From Acidobacteriota bacterium (GTDB lineage Bacteria > Acidobacteriota > Terriglobia > Bryobacterales > Bryobacteraceae): 64,000 nt of DNA. The position numbers were made by a program, and so were the translations under genes. Under the pieces are notes generated by a model. That model saw only the letters and a program-made list of their open reading frames with translations. It was not told the origin of the DNA and made no database searches. The stretch is from contig JBEHXG010000002.1 in assembly GCA_048498815.1 (NCBI GenBank), positions 134,350 to 198,349 on the forward strand, read 5' to 3'. Shown in pieces: positions 19,068 through 27,758 of this stretch (its first letter is position 1; each line of letters begins with the position of its first letter).

Positions 19068-21080
19068 ATGAAGATTGCCACCGCCGCATTGCTTGCACTG
19101 ACCTTCATCACATCGAATCTCTTCGCTGCCACGCCCGCCTGGGATAACAGCGGCAACGGGCAGTTAAACGGCATTTATTATTTCCGGCTGGTGCTGCTGG
19201 AAACCGCGGATACGAGTGGAAACATTGACCGCGCGCTCGCACTCTACGGGAACGTCACGTTCAATTCTTCAGCGGGAACATATGCGCTCAGCGGGTATAC
19301 GCTCTCGGACTCAAGCGGCGGCTTCCCGGTGCCGTCAACCGGAACCTACGCAGTTTCCGCCAGCGGGTATGGACTGATGTCCAACCCACTGGTCTCGGGT
19401 GGCACGATCTCCTTTCTGGTTTCGAACCATATCGCCGTAGGCAGCGATACGGAGAGCGGCTTCAATGATGTCTTCGTCGCGGCACCCGCCACGGCATCAT
19501 TCTCCAATTCAAACTTTCAGGGCAGTTACACGATGGCGGGCTACCTTCCCGTGCTGCCCGCCGCGGGTTCTCTGGGAGGTTCACCGGCGGGCGCGGGAGA
19601 TCTGACTTTTCAGTTGAATCCGGATGGCGCCGGTCACCTCAATACGGTTTCCCTGACAGGTTCTTCCGGGGGCGGTCAGGCCCTCACGCAGAGTTCAGGC
19701 GCAGTGACCTATGCGTTTTCCAACGGAGGCATTGCCGTAAAATTTCCCAACTCAAACACAGCGAACTTTTTCGCCAGTAACATCTCGGGCAGTCTCTTCC
19801 TCTATCTGAGTCCCGACACCAATTTCGTCTTCGGGGGGACGCAGAACGGCTTCGATCTTGTGGTGGGCGTGAAGAACGCCGCCAGCGGCGCAAGCACGCC
19901 GATTTCCGGGCTCTATTATGAGGCGGGCCTCGACGAGAGCGCCGTACCATATCTGGATAGTTATTACGGCGCCTTCAACGCATATATTGCCGGCAATTCC
20001 GGGAACATTCTGGGACATGAGAGATTTGTGCCCGGCGGCTCATCGGCTTACGGCGACACTTACTACCAGACTTACCCCGCAGTCATTGCAAACACCTATC
20101 AGGATTCTTCCGGCACAACGCAATATACGATCGGAGCGAGCGGGATCCGGATTGCAACTGGCATAGGCCAGTATCTCTCCATTGGGGTAGCTCTGCCCTA
20201 CACGCCCCCAGCGCCAGTCGGCAGTGTCTACGTCGATCCTACCGGCATCGTGAACACGGCGAGTTCCGCGCCCTACACCGCAGGGATTTCGCCCGGTGAC
20301 TTCCTCACGCTTTATAACGGTGTTAATCTGGCCGGTTCGACTGCATTCGCCCCGCCGGGCGCCTTTCCCACGATCCTGGGTGGGGTGCAGGTTCTGGTCG
20401 ATGGCGTCGCCGCCCCGCTCTACTATGTGACTCCGACTCAGATCTCGTTCCTCGTTCCCTATGTCGCCGGGACTTACTCGGTGGCTACAATTCAGGTCAA
20501 CAATAATGGCACGAAGTCGAATGTTGTAACAACGCCGGTCCATCAGACGACACCGGGAGTGTTTACCTCCAACCCGATAGGCGGACCCGGGTACGCCGCA
20601 ATGCTGGACTTTCCACCTTCCGGGGGCTATTACATCGTGGGCGCGGATAATCCGGTTCACCCGGGCGATAATATTGCGCTGTTTCTCACGGGCCTTGGCA
20701 ATCCGTTCCCGCCAAACGGCGACGGGCAGCTTGGTGGAACCAACTGTGTTTCAGGAGAGTGTCTCTCAAACAGCGTAGCGATAGACATCGGTGGAACCGA
20801 CGTTGGAACCCTGGCTTTTGCCGGGCTTGCGCCAGGGCTGGCCGGGCTTTATCAGGTGAACTTTCAGGTACCCGCCACCGTTACGCCCGGCGCTTATTCA
20901 CTTGGAGTCAACGGTTTCGGCAGCCTCGGCAACGGCACGCTCTACAACGATTCGTACACCACTGAGTCAATTATCCCGGTCGCCGCGACGGGCTCAAGCC
21001 GCGTACCGTCAACCGGTGGCGGCCTGGCGCCGGCGGCGCGAAAGAAAGTCGCGCCACGGCTGGGCGGTCCGTTGCACTAA
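19068..21080 (+). CDS. Secreted 670-aa paralog ending in doubled TIGR03437 (Soli_cterm) domains
   Basis: Signal peptide MKIATAALLALTFITSNLFAA. It is collinear with 17018..19027 along its whole length (WDNSGNG, FQLNPDGAGHL, LYLSPDTNFVFGG, GLYYEAGLDE, SPGDFLTLYNGVNL, GLAPGLAGLYQVNFQVP). Confidence 0.8.
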   Translation: MKIATAALLALTFITSNLFAATPAWDNSGNGQLNGIYYFRLVLLETADTSGNIDRALALYGNVTFNSSAGTYALSGYTLSDSSGGFPVPSTGTYAVSASGYGLMSNPLVSGGTISFLVSNHIAVGSDTESGFNDVFVAAPATASFSNSNFQGSYTMAGYLPVLPAAGSLGGSPAGAGDLTFQLNPDGAGHLNTVSLTGSSGGGQALTQSSGAVTYAFSNGGIAVKFPNSNTANFFASNISGSLFLYLSPDTNFVFGGTQNGFDLVVGVKNAASGASTPISGLYYEAGLDESAVPYLDSYYGAFNAYIAGNSGNILGHERFVPGGSSAYGDTYYQTYPAVIANTYQDSSGTTQYTIGASGIRIATGIGQYLSIGVALPYTPPAPVGSVYVDPTGIVNTASSAPYTAGISPGDFLTLYNGVNLAGSTAFAPPGAFPTILGGVQVLVDGVAAPLYYVTPTQISFLVPYVAGTYSVATIQVNNNGTKSNVVTTPVHQTTPGVFTSNPIGGPGYAAMLDFPPSGGYYIVGADNPVHPGDNIALFLTGLGNPFPPNGDGQLGGTNCVSGECLSNSVAIDIGGTDVGTLAFAGLAPGLAGLYQVNFQVPATVTPGAYSLGVNGFGSLGNGTLYNDSYTTESIIPVAATGSSRVPSTGGGLAPAARKKVAPRLGGPLH

Positions 21081-21161
21081 TGCACCTGCGAGTTCGGGAC
21101 ACGGAGGCGCCCCGGACTCAGGCGGTCCCGCTATAATGGACCGCAGAAGCCTCAGAGCTCC

Positions 21162-21638
21162 ATGCTTGACGTCCGGAAAAAACTAGAAGAAGAGATCGCC
21201 GCACTCGAATACGAGCTGCGCAACGAACTCCCGAAAGAAATCCTGAAAGCCCGCGCGCACGGAGATCTCAGCGAAAACGCCGAGTATCACGCGGCGAAGG
21301 AACGCCAGGGCTTCGTCAACGCCCGCCTTGGTCAGTTGAAGAAGCGTATGGGCGAGGTGGCGATGATCGATATCACGAAGATTCCGCACGACCGCGTTGG
21401 TCTCGGGTCGCGGGTCGTGGTACTCGATACCGGCAAGGACGAGGAAATTTCGTATCACCTCGTCACCAGTGAAGATGCCGACGTAACGCAGGGCCGCATT
21501 TCGACAAGTTCGCCGATTGGGAAGTCGCTGCTGGGGCGGGAAGTCGGTGATGTCGTGAAGCTCGTGACGCCTGGTGGCACGCGCAATCTGGAGATTCTGT
21601 CGCTCCGGACTATTCACGACACGATCAAAGAGTCATGA
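21162..21638 (+). CDS. greA: Transcription elongation factor GreA
   Basis: The N-terminal coiled-coil carries GDLSENAEYHAAKERQ. The C-terminal domain carries ISTSSPIGKSLLGREVGDVV. Length is 158 aa. Confidence 0.9.
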   Translation: MLDVRKKLEEEIAALEYELRNELPKEILKARAHGDLSENAEYHAAKERQGFVNARLGQLKKRMGEVAMIDITKIPHDRVGLGSRVVVLDTGKDEEISYHLVTSEDADVTQGRISTSSPIGKSLLGREVGDVVKLVTPGGTRNLEILSLRTIHDTIKES

Positions 21639-22228
21639 CCATAACGAGAGGCATCGGCCTCTTTTTTGGGAAGATTATTCAGGCAATCGTGACGGCTCTC
21701 GCGTTGTCGCGCGTGCATCCGAATGTACTGACGTTCATCGGTCTGCTGATCAATATCTGGGCGGCATTTCTGTTCGGTTCCGGGAAGTTTCTGGCGGCGG
21801 GATTGGTTGTGATCGGCGCCGGGCTGTTCGATATGGTGGACGGCCGCGTCGCGCGCGAAACCAATCGCGTGACTCGATTCGGCGGGTTCTTCGATTCCGT
21901 GCTTGACCGATATTCCGATCTGGCGCTGCTGGTGGGTCTGCTGGTCTTTTACGCTTCCATCAACCGCTACTTCTATGTGGTCCTGACAGCTATCGTAATG
22001 ACCGGAACCGTCCTCATCAGCTACGCACGCTCCCGGGCTGAAAATACGATTCCCAGGTGCAAAGTGGGCTTCCTGGAACGGCCTGAGCGCGTCGTTCTGA
22101 TCATCATCGGCGCGCTGGCCAATCGGATGGCGCCCGTGCTCTGGGTGCTTGCGGTGCTGTCGAATATCACCGTCATGAGCCGGATTATTTACACTTGGGA
22201 AGAGACGAAGCGAATCGGCGAAGTCTGA
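21635..22228 (+). CDS. CDP-alcohol phosphatidyltransferase family protein
   Basis: Signature DGRVAR-x8-G-x3-D-x3-D (DMVDGRVARETNRVTRFGGFFDSVLDRYSD). It has multiple TM segments and a 4-nt overlap with greA. Confidence 0.8.
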   Translation: MTITRGIGLFFGKIIQAIVTALALSRVHPNVLTFIGLLINIWAAFLFGSGKFLAAGLVVIGAGLFDMVDGRVARETNRVTRFGGFFDSVLDRYSDLALLVGLLVFYASINRYFYVVLTAIVMTGTVLISYARSRAENTIPRCKVGFLERPERVVLIIIGALANRMAPVLWVLAVLSNITVMSRIIYTWEETKRIGEV

Positions 22229-22240
22229 GATGCGCTGAGT

Positions 22241-22513
22241 TTATTGCCCGGCCTTCGCAGCCTTCGCTTTCCGATGTTCCTCCCAGCGCTTTTTCTGCGC
22301 GGCGGCGATTCTCTTTCGCGCGGAGGCGCTCAGATTTCGTTTCTTTCGGCCGGGAAGCGCGGCGGCTGCGGGAGACGCGGGCGCACTGACTCGCTGGCCC
22401 AATTGCGTCCGGATATGATCGATCTTAGCCTGAATCTGATCCCGCTCAGCTTCGAGATGAGTCAAAGCGTACCGTAGTATCTCGACGTTTGTGCTGGATT
22501 TACCGTTGGCCAT
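22241..22513 (-). CDS. Small hypothetical protein: N-terminal coiled coil, basic C-terminal tail
   Basis: A 90-aa ORF convergent with 21635..22228. It reads LTHLEAERDQIQAKIDHIRTQL, followed by GRKKRNLSASARKRIAAAQKKRWEEHRKAKAAKAG. I recognise no family with confidence. Confidence 0.45.
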   Translation of the reverse strand: MANGKSSTNVEILRYALTHLEAERDQIQAKIDHIRTQLGQRVSAPASPAAAALPGRKKRNLSASARKRIAAAQKKRWEEHRKAKAAKAGQ

Positions 22514-22567
22514 GTTACCTCTATCGCAAGACTATAGCATAAGGTATCAATAACTACACAGAAAGTT

Positions 22568-23014
22568 ATGAGACTTTTGATACAGCGAGTAACTCGAGCC
22601 GAGGTTCGGGTCGACGGAGTTATGAAGGGTGCGATCGGGCCTGGAATTCTGGCCCTCATCGGAATCGCGCGCAATGACAGCGAGCGGGATGCGGACTACA
22701 TGCTGGAAAAGCTTGCCAATCTCCGGATCTTCCCCGATGCGGAAGGCAAAATGAATCTCAGCGCGCTCGATACCGCCGCAGGTCTGCTGATTGTTTCTCA
22801 GTTCACCCTCTATGGCGACTGCCGAAAGGGCCGCAGGCCAGGCTTTGACGGAGCCGCGCCTCCCGATCGCGCCAGACAGCTTTATGACTACTTCGTGGCA
22901 TGTGCCCGAACGACCGGTCTCACCGTGCAGACGGGTATATTTCAGGCGCATATGGAAGTGGAACTTACTAACGACGGGCCTGTGACGCTGATGCTGGAAT
23001 CGCCCCAGGCCTGA
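22568..23014 (+). CDS. dtd: D-aminoacyl-tRNA deacylase
   Basis: MRLLIQRVTRAEVRVDG..., SQFTLYGD..KGRRP.F and the NDGPVT C-terminal block are typical of Dtd. Length is 148 aa. Confidence 0.9.
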   Translation: MRLLIQRVTRAEVRVDGVMKGAIGPGILALIGIARNDSERDADYMLEKLANLRIFPDAEGKMNLSALDTAAGLLIVSQFTLYGDCRKGRRPGFDGAAPPDRARQLYDYFVACARTTGLTVQTGIFQAHMEVELTNDGPVTLMLESPQA

Positions 23015-23061
23015 CTCATCGCATCCCGATATACTGAGGATTCCTCGTTTCTCATTAGCCT

Positions 23062-24099
23062 ATGGCAAAGACCGTTTCTTATCGCGACGCAGGCGTCGAT
23101 ATCGATGAAGCAGATCGCGCGGTTGCTTCGATCCGGCGGATGGCCCGCGCTACGTTCACGAAAGGCGTCCTGACCGAGATCGGCTCTTTCGGCGGCTGCT
23201 TCGCTCTCCCGAAGATGCGCCAGCCGGTACTGGTCAGTTCGGTGGACGGCGTAGGCACCAAACTGAAGATCGCTTTTTCGACTGGCCGGCACGATACGGT
23301 CGGCGAAGACCTGGTGAATCACTGCGTGAACGATATCGCCGTGCAGGGTGCTACGCCCCTGTTTTTTCTGGATTACCTTTCAGTGGGGAAGCTGGATGCG
23401 ACCGTCGCCGCGCAGGTAATTTCCGGCATTGCGCGCGGATGTTCGGCCAACGGATGCGCGCTGATTGGCGGCGAGACCGCGGAGATGCCCGGGATGTATC
23501 AGGACGGCGAGTATGATCTGGCCGGTTCGATTGTGGGGATCGTAGAGAAGTCGAAAATACTCACGGGCGCAAAGGTAAAGGCCGGCGACATCCTGCTCGC
23601 GCTTCCATCGAGCGGATTGCATACGAATGGTTATTCGCTGGCGCGGAAGTTACTGTTTGAAGTTGCGGGGCATGCTCCGGAAAGCTATATTCCCGAACTG
23701 GCCGGGACACTGGCGGACACGCTCCTGCAGGTTCATCGTAGTTATCTGAAGCCGCTGCAGGCGCTGGTCAAAGCCGATGCTCTCTCCGCCGCCGCGCATA
23801 TTACCGGGGGCGGCGTCACAGATAATCTCCCCCGGGTATTACCGAAGGGCCTCGCGGCACGGATCGATACCGGATCGTGGCACGTACCGCCGCTGTTTGA
23901 AATGCTGCGTAAGCTTGGCTCCGTTCCGGAAGACGACTGGCGCAGGACCTTCAATCTGGGCGTGGGGATGATTTTCGTTGTGCCCGCGAAGAAGGCGGAC
24001 AAGGCCATTCGCATGCTCGGCAAGGGCGCGGATAAGGCCTGGGTAATTGGCGAGATCGCCGCGCAGCGTCGGGGCAAGGGCCGCGTGGAGTACCGGTAA
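23062..24099 (+). CDS. purM: Phosphoribosylformylglycinamidine cyclo-ligase (AIR synthetase)
   Basis: YRDAGVDIDEADRAV, VDGVGTKLKIA, DLVNHCVNDI, GGETAEMPG and HITGGG blocks are present. Length is 345 aa. Confidence 0.9.
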   Translation: MAKTVSYRDAGVDIDEADRAVASIRRMARATFTKGVLTEIGSFGGCFALPKMRQPVLVSSVDGVGTKLKIAFSTGRHDTVGEDLVNHCVNDIAVQGATPLFFLDYLSVGKLDATVAAQVISGIARGCSANGCALIGGETAEMPGMYQDGEYDLAGSIVGIVEKSKILTGAKVKAGDILLALPSSGLHTNGYSLARKLLFEVAGHAPESYIPELAGTLADTLLQVHRSYLKPLQALVKADALSAAAHITGGGVTDNLPRVLPKGLAARIDTGSWHVPPLFEMLRKLGSVPEDDWRRTFNLGVGMIFVVPAKKADKAIRMLGKGADKAWVIGEIAAQRRGKGRVEYR

Positions 24100-24101
24100 C
24101 T

Positions 24102-24710
24102 GTGCGACTCGGCATTCTGATTTCGGGACGCGGATCGAATTTCGAGGCGATTGCAAACGCAATAGCGCGGCGCAGGCTGGATGCGGAAATCGCTGTCGTA
24201 GTCAGCAACCGGGCCTCCGCGGGCGGTCTGGAAATCGCCCGTGAGCGTGGTATCCCGCTGCGAGTGATTGAATCGCGCGGGCTGGAACGTGAGGAGTACG
24301 ACCGGCTGGTGATCCAGGAACTGCGCACACACGAAGTTGACCTGGTCTGCCTCGCGGGCTTCATGCGACTCCTCAGCGCCTCATTCGTGGAGGCATTTCC
24401 CAACCGCGTGCTGAATATTCACCCTTCCCTGCTCCCCGCATTTCCAGGGCTGGACGCCCAGAAGCAGGCGCTCGATCACGGCGTCAAAATCACTGGCTGC
24501 ACGGTTCACCTGGTAGATGAGCATCTGGATTCCGGACCGATTCTGGTACAGACGGCTGTCCCGGTCCTGGATGATGACACCGTTGAGAGCCTGTCCGCGC
24601 GTATTCTCACCCAGGAACACTCAATCTATCCGAAAGCAATTCAGATGATGGTGGATCGCCGCATTACGCTGCAGGGGCGGCGCGCGATGATCGCGGAAGA
24701 ACCAGCCTGA
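24102..24710 (+). CDS. purN: Phosphoribosylglycinamide formyltransferase
   Basis: LISGRGSNFEAI, LAGFMRLL, NIHPSLLPAFPG and GCTVHLVDEHLDSGPI blocks are present. It lies 2 nt after purM. Confidence 0.9.
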   Translation: MRLGILISGRGSNFEAIANAIARRRLDAEIAVVVSNRASAGGLEIARERGIPLRVIESRGLEREEYDRLVIQELRTHEVDLVCLAGFMRLLSASFVEAFPNRVLNIHPSLLPAFPGLDAQKQALDHGVKITGCTVHLVDEHLDSGPILVQTAVPVLDDDTVESLSARILTQEHSIYPKAIQMMVDRRITLQGRRAMIAEEPA

Positions 24711-24713
24711 CGC

Positions 24714-26447
24714 TCAGTATTCGAGTCGACGAACCAGACCCGCGGTACCCTGACCGGTGGGCGCTGCTACATACTCGACAACCACCCGGAACGCAGTAAG
24801 CGGCCCGCATTCGATCCGGGCCGCTGTTCCTGGATGAGGCACTAACTCAACCGCGGCGACATCGGGAAGATCAAATAACACCTGCTTGCCATCGACCAGG
24901 ACGCCGAACCTGGATAGGGCGCCCTGCGCTTCGCACCGCAGACCGACCGCGCTGCCATCTACACGTGAGAGCACTTCGCCGGGATGGGCCGCGCCGGGAC
25001 CTGACGAACGAGCTTCTATCAGCTTTGCCAGCTGATCGGCGCGCCTCAGTTCGTCCGGCCTGGAAGCCGTCTTTCTGGCGGCTTCCAGGTCTGCGCGAGC
25101 GCCGGTCAAATCGCCGGTCTGGAGGAACGTGTAAGCGCGGGCCTCATGGAAGTTCGTATAACGTTCCTGAGAAACCGCGCCAACGCGCCTGAGCAGTGTA
25201 GCGGCGGCGGGGAAATCGCGGGCATCCATTTTCAGAAGACCCAGCTGGAAATTCGCCTCGGCAAAATCGGGACGCAGCTTGACGGCTCGTTCCAGCACTT
25301 CCATAATTGCGGTGGGCGATTGTTTGGCTTCGCGGTCCAGGGCCGCGAGTTGCATGCAAAGCTGAGGATCGTTCGATCCATTTGCAAAGGCCTTGCGGAA
25401 CTGACTACGAGCCGTATCGGGATCATGCATCAGGATGCCGAGATACCCAGCCGCCGCAAATGCATCGGGCCGCTTCGGATCCTGCGTCTGCAGTTGTTTG
25501 TAGGATCGTTCAGCGTCGGTGAGGTGTCCGCTCGCGGCATACAGATCGGCCAGCGCGAGGTCGGAGTCGTACTGCGCAACCGGAGTCACTGACAGCGCTT
25601 CGCCGGATTTCTCGAAGGGCGTAAGGAATACAGTTCCGAACAGATTTTTTCGCGCGAAGTAGCCGTTGAGATCGGCCATTACCTGATCGCCGGTTCGTCC
25701 AAATGCATCCAGCGTTGCCTGCTCAATGGGAACGCCACGATTGAGGGCGCCGATGAACCTTCCAAAATGGTCTTTGTATTCGGGAGAGAGATACAGCATA
25801 TGCGTGAGGGCCCAGCTCTCCGCATAGAACAAACCCGTCCGGCTCGATTCGTTGTACACCGGCGACCGGTTGTCTACCGCGGAAAGCTCCCGAAGTGTGA
25901 ACCACTGGCCGCGTTGCAGCTCCTTCATGCGGTCCGGGTTCAGATCGCCCACCGCAACACCATCCTTCACCGGCTTGAGCGTGGAGTACACCTCCGCCCA
26001 GCCCTCGTTCAGCCACAAAGGGAGACGCAGGCCGCTATGGGCCACCACAAGATGAACATACTCATGTATGGTGATGGGATAGGTGACCGACGACGGATCT
26101 TCCATCGCAATCGTGTCGCGGAGCGGCCCCGGCGCGTAGTAGGCCATCGCTGACTGACTCGGCGAATACATATGAAAGATCTGCGGATCGCGAAACGCCA
26201 CGATCCGTGTGGGGAATTCCGCCGGTGGCTTTACGGGCGACGCCTGCAGAAAAAACTCCCGGACGCGCTCAAAGTGAAGTACGGCCTCGCGGCCCTTCTT
26301 CTCATCCGAATCTGTGTACATCTCGAAATGCGGACTCACGATGCGAATCCAGCGTTCGGCCGCAACCGCATGGGTCGCCAGCAGGAACGCAAAAATTGCC
26401 ATCCGCATCGCCTGCGGCGCACGCGGACTATGAATGATTCGGATCAC
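24714..26447 (-). CDS. Secreted putative zinc metallopeptidase (Peptidase_MA_2-like HExxH...NEGxAE) with TPR repeats
   Basis: Signal peptide MRMAIFAFLLATHAVAA. The motif HEYVHLVVAHSGLRLPLWLNEGWAEVYS is a gluzincin-type HExxH plus a downstream Glu. TPR-like repeats occupy the second half. Confidence 0.6.
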   Translation of the reverse strand: MIRIIHSPRAPQAMRMAIFAFLLATHAVAAERWIRIVSPHFEMYTDSDEKKGREAVLHFERVREFFLQASPVKPPAEFPTRIVAFRDPQIFHMYSPSQSAMAYYAPGPLRDTIAMEDPSSVTYPITIHEYVHLVVAHSGLRLPLWLNEGWAEVYSTLKPVKDGVAVGDLNPDRMKELQRGQWFTLRELSAVDNRSPVYNESSRTGLFYAESWALTHMLYLSPEYKDHFGRFIGALNRGVPIEQATLDAFGRTGDQVMADLNGYFARKNLFGTVFLTPFEKSGEALSVTPVAQYDSDLALADLYAASGHLTDAERSYKQLQTQDPKRPDAFAAAGYLGILMHDPDTARSQFRKAFANGSNDPQLCMQLAALDREAKQSPTAIMEVLERAVKLRPDFAEANFQLGLLKMDARDFPAAATLLRRVGAVSQERYTNFHEARAYTFLQTGDLTGARADLEAARKTASRPDELRRADQLAKLIEARSSGPGAAHPGEVLSRVDGSAVGLRCEAQGALSRFGVLVDGKQVLFDLPDVAAVELVPHPGTAARIECGPLTAFRVVVEYVAAPTGQGTAGLVRRLEY

Positions 26448-26596
26448 TTCCGGATTCCCAATCCCTAACGATGATACGACGTGAGGGCGCTGTTAAATGG
26501 CAGGCCCGGACCGGTACCAGTACGGCGCTGCGGCGCGTGCAGAGCGCCGGTACTTTTGGTCTGGTATATTTCCGGAGCCAGTGGCAAGATGAATTC

Positions 26597-27667
26597 ATGA
26601 AGTTGGTCCGCATTCCTAATCTCTTACTTCTCGCCGCCGCTTCCGTCTCATTCGCTCACGCCGACACGGCCCTTACGCTTGGTCAGGCGGCAGGCTTTAA
26701 CGTTTTCGTTTTCAGCAATTTCACGGAATACAACACGGATGCGCAGGGAGCTATGGCCGTAGGTGGCGACTTCGCTCCGAGCGGTGGCAGCTTTACAATC
26801 AACGCCACAAATCACAGTGTGAACGGCTATGGACTGGTGGTCGGCGGCAACTTCACGATGAACGACAACAGCATCGGCGGCGGAAACATCTGGGTTGGCA
26901 AGAATATGACGTGGAACGATCCGTCGCTGTCCCAGAACGCTTACGTTGTCGGCAACTTCTCGAATAACTCCGGCGGCAGCGATCCCAACGGCAAGATTTA
27001 CTATGGCGGCACTTACTCGTCGTCCACCACGCTGAACAATCAGAAGGGAATTCCTTCCGGCATTACTCAGCCCATCAACTTCCAGACCGCGCAAACCAGC
27101 CTCCAGGGTCTTTCCGCCCAACTTGCGGCCGATACGGCGAATGGCACAGTGAACCACAGTTATTCGACGTACACTCTCACGGGGACCGATTCCAGCCTCA
27201 ACGTTTTCAACATGACTGATTCGTCATACTCCGGCGCCACTATTAACATCACGGCCCCTTCCGGTTCCACGGTGGTGATTAACGTCGCAGGAACTTCGGA
27301 TTCCTTCACTAACGGCTCAATTAATCTGTCCGGCGTGACTTCCGATCACGTGATTTTCAACTTCTCGCAGGCCACTTCGCTCTCAATGGGCGGGATCGCT
27401 TTCAACGGATCAGTCCTCGCTCCGCTCGCGACTTTCACCGGCAACTACGGACAGTTCAATGGTGAACTGATCGCACTCAGCGCAAGCGGCACCACGCAGT
27501 TCAATAACGGCGCCTTCAACGGCTTCCTCGGCTACTCTTCCTCTCCGGGCGCGACGCCGGAACCGGGAACCTGGGCCATGCTGGCGGGTGCGCTGGTTGT
27601 ACTCGCGGGTAAAAAGATGCGCGCAGGGAAGACGCAGACTCCCGCCGAGATCCCTGTCCGCAATTAG
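26597..27667 (+). CDS. Choice-of-anchor-A-like secreted protein with a PEP-CTERM sorting signal
   Basis: I take the start at ATG 26597 (MKLVRIPNLLLLAAASVSFAHA). LGQAAGFNVFVFSNF...DAQGAMAVGGDF resembles the choice-of-anchor A (TIGR04215) N-terminus. The C-terminus TPEPGTWAMLAGALVVLAGKKMR is PEP-CTERM plus TM plus a basic tail. Confidence 0.65.
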   Translation: MKLVRIPNLLLLAAASVSFAHADTALTLGQAAGFNVFVFSNFTEYNTDAQGAMAVGGDFAPSGGSFTINATNHSVNGYGLVVGGNFTMNDNSIGGGNIWVGKNMTWNDPSLSQNAYVVGNFSNNSGGSDPNGKIYYGGTYSSSTTLNNQKGIPSGITQPINFQTAQTSLQGLSAQLAADTANGTVNHSYSTYTLTGTDSSLNVFNMTDSSYSGATINITAPSGSTVVINVAGTSDSFTNGSINLSGVTSDHVIFNFSQATSLSMGGIAFNGSVLAPLATFTGNYGQFNGELIALSASGTTQFNNGAFNGFLGYSSSPGATPEPGTWAMLAGALVVLAGKKMRAGKTQTPAEIPVRN

Positions 27668-27758
27668 CTCGATCAGTCAGTCCCGAGTACAACGCGCGCT
27701 GGCCACTCACTGAAACGAGGCCAGCCGTTCGGGCGGCTGACCTCCATCCATGCGCTGC

